DNA from: Octopus vulgaris
Lineage: Eukaryota
Assembly (NCBI GenBank): GCA_951406725.2
Contig: OX597828.1
Span: 39,804,001-39,868,000 of the forward strand
Reading direction: 5' to 3'
DNA: 64,000 nucleotides
Shown here: one piece after another, positions 1 through 12,932 of the stretch
Position numbering within the stretch: position 1 is the stretch's first letter
Layout: every line of letters starts with the position of its first letter
Position numbers and translations under genes: made by a program
The notes under the pieces: generated by a model
The model's input: only the letters and a program-made list of their open reading frames with translations
What the model was told of the DNA's origin: nothing
Database searches by the model: none

Positions 1-1990
1 AACAAATAAAAAGGGGCCAAGAACAGATCCCTGTAGTACACCAGATGTCATCTCATAGGGTGAAGAGTGCTGTCCTAGAACTGTGACAACCTCTTTTCGG
101 CCGAAAATAAAGGACTTCAACCAGTTATAGAGTTCGTCTCTTATGCCCATCCGTGACTGTGATGAAATCTGGGTCGATACTTTTGACGTAAAAGTCAAAA
201 AGATGCACCTTGTTGCATAAACTACGGGCCTTCAAGAACAGCAGTTTGTATCTGGATTTCAGATGATGATATACAGGGGATGGCTGATTGTTCTTGGTTA
301 GTTTCCCAAGATTTTTGTATTGCCAGTTGTTGTTGTGGGTGCAGTTTGCTCAGTCCAACTGGTATCCCTTATCCACGACTCACCAGACTTGACAAATTTC
401 CAGATTTGCCCATCATCGCGGAGGCTAAAACTTTCTTGTGGCACAGAGTTGCGATTTAGGGAAGCTACAGATCTTAGCTTTGGGCATACATCAGGTGGTA
501 GGCCAGGACGTGCCCTAAAGCTGATTCTGTTGTCGCGCCGAGCTCTATCAGCAGCCAGATGGAATGCTCGCGCCTCAGTAAAGTTTGTAAACATCAGCCT
601 GATTAGCATGGGGTGGGATCCTGGTCGGCCAAGGCAGAAAGCACTTTGGGGGGGGGGGGGGGCACAGCTAAGGTCCTCAGATGTGTTTCTAATGAATGCC
701 TGCAGATCTACCACATCTTCCGGCACTCCGATGGCTATTAATTCATGAGTGGTTGGTTCAGCAACTCCCTCAATGCGTTGAGGTTCCGTACGAGCTACAG
801 GTAGGTTGCTGAGCAAGGCACTCCGACATGACCCCTCGCTGTGAGTTTTCGCACAGACACTGGTTCTGATTCCTGCTACTTCACGACTCAAAGCAGAAAT
901 CATTCGTCTAATTTCTGCAACTTCTGTGCTGATGGTCGATTTCTGCTTTAGTTGAGAAGTATCAGGAGAGGAGGGCATGGTTGGCTTTTGTTCCTGCTGA
1001 TGTACTTCAGCTGGAATGATCAATTTTTGTTGTCGAAGAGCAATAGAAGAGGAAGACACAGGAGGCTGTTTCTGTTTTTGTTGATGTTCTTCAACAGGAA
1101 TGGCCGATTTTTGTTGCTGCTGTTGAAGAGTGACAGGGGAGGAAGACACGGGCGGCTTTAGTTCTTGCTGTTGTTCTTCATCAATAGGCGCAGGAGTAGC
1201 TGTGTGGTAAGTAGCTTGCTAACCAGCCACATGGTTCCGGGTTCAGTCCCACTGCGTGGCATCTTGGGCAAGTGTCTTCTGCTTTAGCCCCGGGCCGACC
1301 AATGCCTTGTGAGTGGATTTGGTGGACGGAAACTGAAAGAAGCCTGTCGTATATATGTATATATATATGTGTATGTGTGTGTGTGTGTGTGTGTGTTTGT
1401 CCCCCTCGCATTGCTTGACAACCGATGCTGGTGTGTTTACGTCCCAGTCACTTAGCGGTTCAGCAAAAGAGACGGATAGAATAAGTACTGGGCTTACAAA
1501 GAATAAGTCCCGGGGTCGAGTTGCTCGACTAAAGGCGGTGCTCCAGCATGGCCGCAGTCAAATGACTGAAACAAGTAAAAGAGTAGGACTGGTTTTGGGA
1601 GACAAAGTAGTCGGTTTTTGCTGTTCAGCAGCAATGGCAGCGGAAGACACGGTTGTCGGGTTTTGTTGTTGCTGTTCTGCAGCAATGGTGGCAGGGGGCA
1701 CACAAGTCAGGCACTGAAACGACCAGTTTGGTAGCTGGACCATTTCCCAGAGTTTATCCATCATAGAAGTATGGTGTCCTTTCTTTTGACCTAGGATCTT
1801 CTGAAAGTTTGTGGCACATTGAAAGCAGATCGAAACACGACATTTACTGCATTCAACCCATCTGTTTCGGAATGAATTTTCGAGTTTTGTGCATAGATGA
1901 CAGATGTGGTTTGTTGGGCAACGTTCTATTTTAGGACAGCGACCAGTTCTGTTGCACGGCTCATCCACGGATGATACCGTGGCCCTTTTG
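1..1990 (-). mobile_element. CR1/L2-group LINE: PHD-finger ORF1 split by a SINE, plus an internally deleted ORF2
   Basis: C/H-rich PHD-like pattern at 1968-1700; Q/P-rich repeats; EN start (ARSLCNK..DFITVT) fused near 151 to RT (NWLKSF..SGVLQGSVLGP). Confidence 0.75.
1186..1585 (+). mobile_element. tRNA-derived SINE (aggcgcaggagtggctgtgtgg family)
   Basis: Pol III-like head, central (TA)n(TG)n, gtaaaaga tail; near-identical copy at 35334. Confidence 0.85.
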
Positions 1991-2175
1991 GGATCTTTTC
2001 CTTTTGCTAGACAGAATTCAACACAATTTCTAGTTAACTAAACAATTTGAAACTTCGTATACTGGTAGAATGTGTCAAAAGAAAACATTATTTTCACTTG
2101 GCTTTTTTCATAAATTTGTAATTCGTTTGTTTAACGTAGTTTAATTTTTCGAATTTTAACCAATTGTATCTCTAC
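1991..2175 (+). mobile_element. Left TIR fragment of the GGATCTTTTCC DNA-transposon family
   Basis: Matches 34358-34530. Confidence 0.75.
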
Positions 2176-3426
2176 CTTGCTGCTGCCTCTGCAACGGATT
2201 TCGCTTCCGTCGACCGCCCGGATGCTACTTGCCCCCGTTCCATTCCTTCGTCACCCTTGAAGTCACAAGGGTGGTCGTACAGCCCGTATCCACGAGGGCC
2301 TTGAACGTCTTCCCCTCGGCCTCCACGTCAATTAATGGCAGCATCTCCAATAGCACCTCTACTCGTTTGCGGGGAAAGTTTGAGAGGCAGCAACTTCCCT
2401 GCGGTCATTTTCCTGGTCGCAATCACGGGCGATGTGCCCTGTCTGCCTGCATCGATAGCAAACGGCCCTGGTTGCGTACAGTCCCGCGCCATGTGCAACC
2501 CCTGACATCTAAAACACCGACCTGAGGACGGCCGCTGTCGTTGCATGGTAGGCTTCTGTACGTCTTTCTCCGGTCGTCGTCCATCTTTACGCACCTCCGT
2601 CACCGCCATCGCTATCGCCTTCCGCCCAGAGTGTCGCGTCAACACGCGGGCTTGAGTCACAAGTTCGCTCAGCGCCATCTTTTTAATCCTGGGCAATCGT
2701 TGTAGGTGAATCCCTACATCGTCGGGGAACCCATTTACAAACGCCAGCCGCGCTGTCTCTCCAGTCCTTCTCCTGTAAACCCAGCCAGCGTCGCTAACCT
2801 TCTAACTTCTGCCACGTACTCGTCCACCTGCCCTCCTGTCCATCTGATCGTACCCAGCTTAGCAAAAGCTGTGTATTCACACTCTGTGTAGGCATCCCGC
2901 AGACGTTGCTCTAATTTTTCCTCGCTCAGGCGTTCCTTCTCCTCCATCTCAAGGTATAGCGTTAACGCGCTCCCTTCTAAATACAGTGCCATAAGACTTG
3001 CCACATCGCTTATACCTTGCAGTCTTGCCACCAGCCTGATTTTACGAATCCAGGCCATTACATTGCCTTCACCATTGAAGGGTCTGATGATGTCGCTGGC
3101 GATCCTGATTTTCGCAGACATCGTGGTGACAACTTATGTGGAGTGCCAAAATAGCTTGTGGTGCGTGCAAGAGATTCGAATATAAAGGCACCTACCTTCT
3201 CTTCACTCTGATGGAGACCCTTCAGTGGTAACGGATCCTTCAACACAGCCCGACCCGAACGCTAAAGATAGCAGCTGCTTCACCCAACCATAGTAACGTG
3301 TTCACCCGTCTTAACACGTCGACGACCCTCGTTCGAAAGGCAGAAATCACTGCTCGCGCCTGACGGCTGCCCCTTTCGGTAAACCCCAGTTCCGGTCAGC
3401 TCCCCAGCTGCTGACGTCATCCCACA
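2176..3426 (-). mobile_element. Ty3/Gypsy-like LTR retrotransposon 5' part: LTR (3137-3426), gag with Zn knuckle, degenerate protease
   Basis: 290-bp GC-rich LTR with TGTGG...CCACA ends; gag ATG at 3121; CFRCQGLHMARDC; frameshifts. Confidence 0.8.
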
Positions 3427-3785
3427 GAAACATGCAACCCATGCCAGCATGGAGAACAAACATTAATTGGCAATAGTAATGATGATGACTTATCATTACT
3501 CAAATAATACTTTGAGATTTTTATGAACAGACCACTTTCTCACTGAAAGACAAAGGTTAATAATGTCAGTAGATTTTGTAAATTCTACGTGCACACTTCT
3601 AAAACTACACAATGGATAAATCTCATATTTCAACATTTCTCAAATCGAAGCATTTATATGATTGAATATATTTTATATTCCATTATAAACTAGTTTTATT
3701 ATTTTAGTTCGAGTATTTCTAAATTTTATAAACAGTATTTATCTACAATAATCTTAAATGCAATGTTTTTTCAATTACATATTAG

Positions 3786-3882
3786 ACTGGCAAAAAAACC
3801 ATACGATTACTTCAAAAACATCAATATTCCTGGCCCTGAGCCATGGTTCTTTTTTGGAAATATGTTACAAGTCATGAAGAAG
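3786..3882 (+). CDS. CYP exon 2 ([32 protein letters not shown])
   Basis: ag/gt boundaries; proline-rich hinge PGPxP. Confidence 0.9.
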
Positions 3883-6800
3883 GTAGGTGGCATTGGAATT
3901 TTTCATACCCTATGTGTACCTTGTTTGATTGACTTAGATGGCTGAGTGATAAAAAAAAGTTATCATGTATACTTGCATATAGGTTGCACTATTTTTACCA
4001 AAAATTTTGATAAAATCAGGGCTGCAACTTATCTGAAGTAGATGGCAGTGTATCAATGGTGAAGTAGATCTATCAATCAGACTACCTTCATAAAGTCACT
4101 TCCACAAAATGTTTTAATATTTATAAGCAAAGTTTTGAAATAAAGGTGTATATTTGATAATATTTAACAAATATTAGTTACATTTATGTTATAAAAGGGC
4201 CATTGTAACTCCTCAGATTATAGTGTGACCTACTTTGACAACCCCAAACTAAGGGTGCGACCTATCTGCGAGTGTATACGGTAGTTAAAATTTTGCATTG
4301 TGATTGGTTTCTCAGCATTCTAAACATAATTGTTGTCGGTGTTGATTTGGCATTTATTAAAGTAGATATTTTAATTTATTTCTTGTTATTTTTATATAAT
4401 CTTTCTCTTTACTTTAAACAATAATGTTTAATGATTGGTATTTTATCATTTTGATTCAGTAAAATCAGTACCAGTAATACACTGGAAACAATTCAATTTG
4501 ACATTTTTCCTCACTTATAGAACTCCATCATCCTACATAACAATTTGAAAATAATTTTTTAAGCACGTATCAATGATCCAGAAGGGAAATTACAAGTTTT
4601 CACACTTGCAAACAATGCCATCCTTTCACACTTCTTATGCCCTCATTGAAAACAGGAAATTACAACCTCGCATTTCCTTTCTATTTCGCTCCATGTCTTA
4701 AGATTGGTTTCAAATTTTGGCATAAAGCCAGTATTTCAGTGTTCACCTGGTACTTATTTTATTGACCCTTAAAAGATGAAGGGCAAAATCAATCTCAGTA
4801 GAATTTGAACTCTGAACATAAAGACACATGAAATGTATTTTGCCTAGCATGGTAAGGTTTCTGCCAGCTTGCAGCCTTGATCCATGTCTTAATATTGATT
4901 TCAAATTTTGGTACAAAGCCAGCAATTTCGGGGGAGGGGATGAATTGATTACATTGATCCCAGCATTGAACTTGTACTTATTTTATCGATCCCAAAAGGA
5001 TGAAAGGCAAAACCAACCTCATTGGAATTTGAAATTGGAACATGAAGACAGATGAAATGCCACTAAACAAGGAAATTTCAAGGTCCCAATTTGCAATTAT
5101 TTTGAGCTGTACACACTTTGCTATTTAGAAATGCTCATATTTGAGTGCATGATATCCCATAAAGAAACTTACAAATGCTACAAAAAATACTATTCTTTTA
5201 TTCGTGTCAGCCATGTGGCTGTGGTCATACTGGAGCATTTTCTTCTTTGTACTTTTTAAAATTTACCAACCAGTAGAAACTCTTCGTTTTCATGGTTTAT
5301 ATGTGAGTGTGTGTGTATGTGTGTGTGGATAATATTGATTTCAAATTTTGGCCCAAAGCCAGTAATTTTGGGGAGGGATAAGTCGATTATTCTCACCCAC
5401 CCCACCCCCTGTGTTTGATTGGTACTTATTTTATCAACCCTAAAAGGGTGAAATGTAAAGTCAATGGTGGCAGAATTTGATTGTACTCTTTTATTCCAGA
5501 GGTGTTCTCCACACACCCATTTTCTGCTGCTTAATCCCTCCCACTCCATTATTTTTTTCTTTACTTTGTTTCTTTATAATAATATTGTGATTGGATCTTT
5601 ATGTAAATGAAACTAGATTTGTTTATTAATACAAGACTATTCATAAAAATATTATCTTGGAGGAGTGAAGAAACAAGTAATTAACCCTTTCTATTTTGAA
5701 ATTATAATTTAGTTATTCTTTTTTAGGGAATGGCAAAGTTTGACAAAGAAATGAAACAGAAATATGGAAAAGTATTAGGGTATGAACATTTTAAACAGTT
5801 TATATCTCATTCTGATGTGATGACTAAGTGTGTACATTTATTGTTTATTCCTCATGAAGTGCAATTGGGGTCTTGAAAATATATATATATGAATTTTAGG
5901 TTAGTCAAAATATATTTGCAACATATTCCAACTTACAAAGGCAAATTCACTGCAGTTGCAATGGGGAAAAGATTCTCTCTTATGTTAAAAGTGTAAAAAC
6001 CTTTTATCATAAGCACATTTCTGGCTCTTTTCTGGTTCTTTAGCCCTCCTCAACAGGGAAATACAACAGAGACATAACCCTAGGCAAATTCAGAGCCATA
6101 GCTTTAACCAAATAATGCAGTGAACATCAGTGACTACCTTGCATGAGTGGATGGAATGAAAATAGCAGTATCAGCACGAGGCAGTGATTAGGAATAGATG
6201 AACCTTAATTTAGTTAAAATATTTTTGCCACATATTTCAGCTTCAAAAGGCAAATTCACTGCAGTCACCATGGAGGAAAATAATTCTCTCTTATGATAAA
6301 AGGTGTAAAAACACCATATCAATTCAGTGCTTCCATCTAGCAGATTCCCACATGCACGCTTCTAGCTCTTTAGCCTTTCTCAATGTGTGTGTATGTGTGT
6401 GTGTGTGTGTGTCAGTGTTAATGTGGCTGGTCACATCAACTGCAGTGCCTGATTTGGCTCCTTGTCCATAGCCTGGATACATATACATACTGGAATGCTT
6501 CCACACTCACAGGATCATAAACACATGCATACCACATACATACACATGTATGTCCTTACATATTTGGTAACAGTGTCGGGGATTTATGACCATGTGTCCA
6601 GTGCAGTTGTATTGCCAGTGATATTTCTGTTTCTCTCATATTTTCTATTAATCATTGATCGTTGTTGTTCCATTAGAAATGTAGCTTTATTTAATTTCAT
6701 TTAATTTTAATCTTTAGTAAATATTTTCTTCTATTCTTTTATAGTTATTTCTTCTTAATTGTTTTATTTCCAACTTTAAATATGCTAACAGTCACTTTTT

Positions 6801-9800
6801 TTGATGCAGATAGTGTTGTGGAAATTTTACTGTCCATCCTGTCGACACAAAAACCAATCATGTTATAACTTCTGGAAGATATACAATGCAATTTTGTGAA
6901 CAGATATGAAAATTTGAATTGTAATTTTCCTATATTTTCTTACTTTTTACAGATTTTACATTTGTAATCAACCTCATATACTCATCAGTGACCCAGAAAT
7001 GGTTAAAGAAATTTGCGTCAAACACTTTGCAGTATTTACAAACAGATACGTAAGTTTACTTTTTAAAATTTAAGATGTTTTACATCCAGACATGCATCTA
7101 AAATAACATAAGCTTTCTTTTCTTGCCTCATTTACAGATTTTCAATAAGATGTGGACCTACAGCTGATTGGCATAAGAGAGTTCTCCCATTGAGTTGGCC
7201 ATAAGAAAACTGCACAAATGTTAAATAAGGAGTGAGAGATATTCATGTTGGAGAAGTCTGTTGATTATGAGAGTTTCCATTCTGTTTGTGCCTAGGTCAT
7301 TTTCTCTGCTGAAATTCTGTGGCATAGCCCAAAATGAGTGAATGATTTTGGGTACTTTAAATTATGAAATTTTGTTGCGTGTGGGATGTGGAGAAATATA
7401 CTGAAGAAGATGGTTTCAGTGAAAAGATGAGTTGTTTCTGATACGTTACAAGTACATGTGTCATCATGCATATTTAGAATATGAATTGTAGAACCAGTTG
7501 ACTTGAAATGTTATGGAGTTGGAGATCTGAGGATAGATGCATAGTACATAGATATGTAATGGGTAGTTGTGATAAGGAAGAGACCTTGCCTTGAGATGGG
7601 AACAGAGTCAATTTTGGTTTGGCAGTGGTTGGGTGTGTGGCTGAAAAATAAATTGATGGTACTTGAAGTATTCACGTGTTGAAAAGAGACAATTGTTGAA
7701 GACAAAACTAACTGATGTAAAAGATTTACAAATGTAAAATATTCAGTTACTCCACTAGCATTATCAGCATATTCAGATGAATGTGAGAACCAAGAAGTAT
7801 TTGTGAGTGATGATGGATTATTATGGGTTATTATGAGATATATAATTCTCTTACCACTAAATTGATACAAAGTTAGTGTCTGATATGGCTGAGGTTGGGT
7901 TTGTAAATGAAAGAAACATCAAGTGTATGTGGAGGATTTGTGTGTTGATCATAGTAATTACCAGGGATGAGAGTAACTGAATTTACACTTGTGAAAATTC
8001 AATTCCTCTCCCAATTGCATCAGTGTGATGTGATGATTGTATCAGGCGAGAAGTGTTTGTGAGCGAGGATATCAGAATGGATTATTATGACATGTATAAT
8101 CCTTTGGCCATGATAACATGCATTTATCATAAACATCTTTCTTTACACTTGTTCAAGATAAAGGCTGATGGAATCAATTGAAGCTTCCCTCCAGACTTCT
8201 AGCAGTAAACATGGTCATATCATCTCTGATAGCAATGTTGATAAAATTCAACAACACTAAATTGTTTAATCATCACTCATGGATCTTAGAATAAACCTTG
8301 TACACGTCTGATATGACAAAGCATTTGCCATGACCCTAGGGTAATGGGTTAATTTCTAGGTCCTCATCAATTACCAGGATCATTGATTTTCAATTACTTG
8401 GATATTAAGCTAATATGACTATAGCTTTTACCAATGCAAAAAGATTTTATTCACTGACAAACAATGCTGTTTGTCAGTGGATTATCCTCACCAAAATTTG
8501 ATTTGCAGATTCAGAAATCTTTTTGACTTTTCTCATTTTCCCCACAAAATGTGACATATTTCTCCACTTTTCTCTCTATTTTCATTTCAAAGTAAGATGG
8601 AATTATTTCTTTGTAATATCTTCTTCATGGTGTTTTCACATTCTTTATAGGATGTATTTCCACAAAACAAAATTAGTGATAGATTCATAAGTTTTCTCAA
8701 AGACAATCATTGGAAATTTACCCGTACTGTACTACTCCCAACCTTCAGTACCAGTCACTTAAAACAGGTAAGATCAATTCTATTTAATTTCATATAGTCT
8801 TAATTTTAATGAAAATTCTTTCCTCTTATTCTAAATTAAAAATATGTTGTTAATACATTTAAATATTATTTTTCCATTCCTTAAATCATTAGTTGATAAA
8901 CAAGAGGCTCTATAGCTTTGGTTGAAGGTAATAAGCTGTAATTATCTAACAAATCATAATGATAATAGTTTTACAAAGAGCATCTGTTGTGTCAGGGCAA
9001 GACTCCTCTTTACAGCAAACTCAGATATTGTTGCTACCAAGCTTATTTTCCATATACTATATGGAGAAAGTCTTCAATGCTGACACATTGACTTAATAAA
9101 AGCCTATAAGATATACATTTTCATCATAAGATTTCACCACATTTATTTATGTCAATTACATAACTTTATAATTGTGTTGGGGAGAATGAATTTGATTCAA
9201 CTAATTAATATACCTTTTTTCTAAAGGCCTATGTAGGAGGACTGATCTTTACAAATGTTTGCTGGCTTTCAATGACCTGAGGTATTAATGTATTTCAGTA
9301 ATTCAATGACTGATGGGAAAGGAATTCCAGATTATTGGTTCACTGGGAAAGCTATTGGACTGAATGGTTAGTGCAGCTCTTAAAGAAAAGATACAGTAGG
9401 TGTGACAAGAGGAGGTGTTTCATGTGGCATTAAGCAGAGATAGTATACAACAACTAGCTTCTGTCAGAAGACCAATGTAGACCGTATATGTAGTGAGAAT
9501 TGTTAAAATGAGGAGATAACATGAATCATATTTTCAAGAATTATTAGAAAATCAACTGTCTTAAATGTCTACAGCAGTAAAACTAAAACCATGAGAAAAG
9601 AATAAGAATAATTTTGGGAATTTCAATTTCTTTCAGACAATGGGAATTATGAATAGTGTTGTGAAAAACCTGGAAGAAAACTTTTCTCTTTTTGCTGACA
9701 GTGACAAAGCTGTTGAAATTAAACAGTGAGTGACTCTGTTTAAACTGGTTTACTTTTGTGTTGTTCTTGTTGTTATGTGTAAGTATGTAAGAGTGTTTTT

Positions 9801-12800
9801 GTATTGATGTCAAATAAAGTGTTTATCCTTAACCAAGTTACACAACCATGTTTGTATAAACTATTATAGCATCATCATCATTCTTTAATGTCCATTTTCC
9901 ATGCTGGCATGGGTTGGACAGTTTGACAAAAGCTTGCAAGCCAGAGAGCTGCACCAGGTTCCAGTCTGATTTTGCTTGGTTTTTACAGCTGGATACTCTT
10001 CCTAATGCCAACCACTTTACAATGTGTGCATTTAGCATGGCACAAACACAATCGCTTTTATATGGCACACGCACAGGACTTTTGCAGGCCAATCCCCTTC
10101 ACCAGCGAATGCTACCATAACACTTCTGCTGTGGAGGATAGGTCTTCTTGAGTACAGCAAGGTGCCAGGTATCTTGGTCCTTTGTCATCTCTTTCTGAAA
10201 GGATCAGCATTCTGAGGCAGAGTAAGGATTGTACTGTCTATGCCAAAAAGCACCAGTGTAGGTATTTGACCCATTCAAGTGAAAAATTACAAGCAATTTG
10301 TTAATTTTATAATAAGCAGAAAAAAAAAAATCATGTCTTTCTCACTATGCATGATAGCTTTGTATTTGGAGAGAAAAACTGGAATTGATACATTTCCAAT
10401 AATTATTATCAATGTAAGATATGTGAAATAATTTAACCTGTAAATTGAATCTATACCATCACGTCACATACTAGTAACATAGCTTTTGTTTTAGAATGTA
10501 CTCAATGCACAACAATAGTTCCCAATTAAAATGTATTTAAAAGAGCAGAACAAAGTGAGTTTTAGTATTATTTTAGTTTCTTATTTCTTTATTTTAATTT
10601 CAGAGTATTTTCACATTACACAGTTGATATGATTGCATCTACTGCATTTGGCATCGAAGTTAATTCACAGAAGAATCCAGATCATGCATTAATAAAATGC
10701 TTTGACAAATTCTTTTATGTCAATTTTTATGACCCGATCACTTCTGTTCAAAGTAAATATTTACTTATTCTCTTAAGATATGTTATTGAATGAATATGAC
10801 CTCATTGTTGCTAACTGTGTCTATTGCAGTGACACACATCATGTGTGTGCTTGTATCGATGTATGTTTAAATGAGTTTCTGTATGCGTGTGTGTGTAAAT
10901 TTTAACCTCTATACATTAGATAAAAGACTGTATTTATGTTAAGTGTACAGAAAAGAAAGAAAAGCCAAACTCAGACTTCATTGTAGTCATTTTCATCTCT
11001 CACTGAATGATGCTTCAGCTAGTTGTTGTTAATTTATCTATGCTATATGTTGGTGCACCGGTCTATATGGGCAGATAACAGGTTGGAATGAGCACTCCTG
11101 TGCTCAGGTGTTCTGCCCTGATCAATGATGCCTAATAACACAAATAATATCACAATATCCCTTTATTTTGGTCACAAAATAATCTGAAATTAAGCTCCTT
11201 TTTCGGCTTTATATATAAATAAATCATTGCACTTCACTCTTCAGATACATGAATTATAAAACACTAACCTTTTGAAACTCTCTAGAAAGTCTTAAATTGA
11301 AGCCTTTTGTTTTCTCTCCAGAAAATTCCACTTTCTATTGAACAAATCTAGAGATAGCAAGGCACCTAGCCTGTCTTTCATTGCATTTACAATATTTACC
11401 TCTACAAAATCAACACAAAACAGGCAAAAACAGTTTCATCTGAAATAGAATGTAAGCTTGTTGAGAACATTTGGATCTGTTTTAATTGTTGATTTCACTA
11501 AAAACAAAGGAACTCTCAATAAGTTTCTAGTTGTGATCAGTGAGTTTATTTATTAACATGTACATCATTCATTTCAAGAAAATTGCTAAGGTTTATCGGT
11601 TTATTACATGGAATACAAATTTTTATCGCCAATATAATCAACAGTACTAATTAGCCTGTGCATTTGTTGTCTCAGTATTATTTCCAGTAATTCCAAAAAT
11701 TCTGGGTACTTTCGGAATCAACACTAACTTTTCCAGTTCATTGCACTCTATCTCTATGTTTTCCAAAGATGTTATAGCAGAACGGAGAAAAAATAAAACG
11801 GTAATATTTGAAATTTATTTAATGTTATTGAGCATTTCATAGTATGTTTTCAGTCAATGTGTTTTAAAATGTTTTTTATAACCAGCAAGAAAAACATTTT
11901 TTTCTAGTGAGGAAAGGAGATTAGACAGTGAGAATTAGAATTATATACTATCTACTGAAAAATATGAAATATATGTTCTGCATTTCCTTATTACAGTTTC
12001 TGTTTAACTAAATTTATAAGAAAATAAAAAGGAGTTTTCTATGTTACTGCTCTGTTTATCATATGTCTATAGAATACCAAAACGCAATTTTGCTATATCA
12101 CAATATATATCTCGTTCATATTAATGTTCCACTTGTCCAAAAAAATTTACCAGTAAAATCCAGTGATTGGATATTTCTAAAATTAGTAGTTAGAATGCCT
12201 AATATTTATATTAAAACCTCAGTAATTTTATTTAGCTGTTTAATATTTCTAGATTTTCTTGTTGGTTTTAGGTAAGACGTGATTTTCTCCAACTTTTGTT
12301 GGATGCAAAACTTGAAAATGTTGATAAAATTGATGATGATATGAAACACGAACTGGAAACACTCACATTTGACAACATGCAAAACAGAGGCAAGTAAATT
12401 TTGATTATTTGAAATATAGGTTTGATATACAAAATATATATGAACATTTTAGATGCAGTATTCTGCAGAAATTCACTGAGAAAAGACCAAAGCCTTATTA
12501 AGTGGGAAAACAGATAAATCACAAATCCCTTCAAGGAGACAGCCCTGCTCAATATGTAAGAAATGTGTTAGTAGAAACTACTTAGTGCAAGCTTTGAACA
12601 CATTGAAGGTGTAGTGGTGTTATGGGAAGTTTAACAGAGAAAATAGACTTTGCGTGTAGCAAATGTGTGGGTACAATAAACACTAAGAATGTGCAGAGAA
12701 CAGACTTCTTGCAATGCCCAGGAATCCTTAGAAGTAGTAGATAGCTTCTGTTACATTTGAGACCAAGTTAGCAGTGATGGAGGAAGCTCTAAAAGCATAG

Positions 12801-12901
12801 TTGCTAGAGTAAGAATAGGCCGGGTAAAGTCTGCTTGTGAGTTGGGTGAACTTTTTGTGGACAATGTTTAGGATGTCTATGTGTGTGTGTGTGTGTGTGT
12901 T

Positions 12902-12932
<31 letters not shown>

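Noticed and set aside
320-748. 142-aa plus-strand ORF
   Set aside because: Antisense shadow of the LINE ORF1.
8452-8479. Perfect 12-bp stem with a 4-nt loop
   Set aside because: Too short for a pre-miRNA, has no supporting context, and is plausible by chance or as TE debris.
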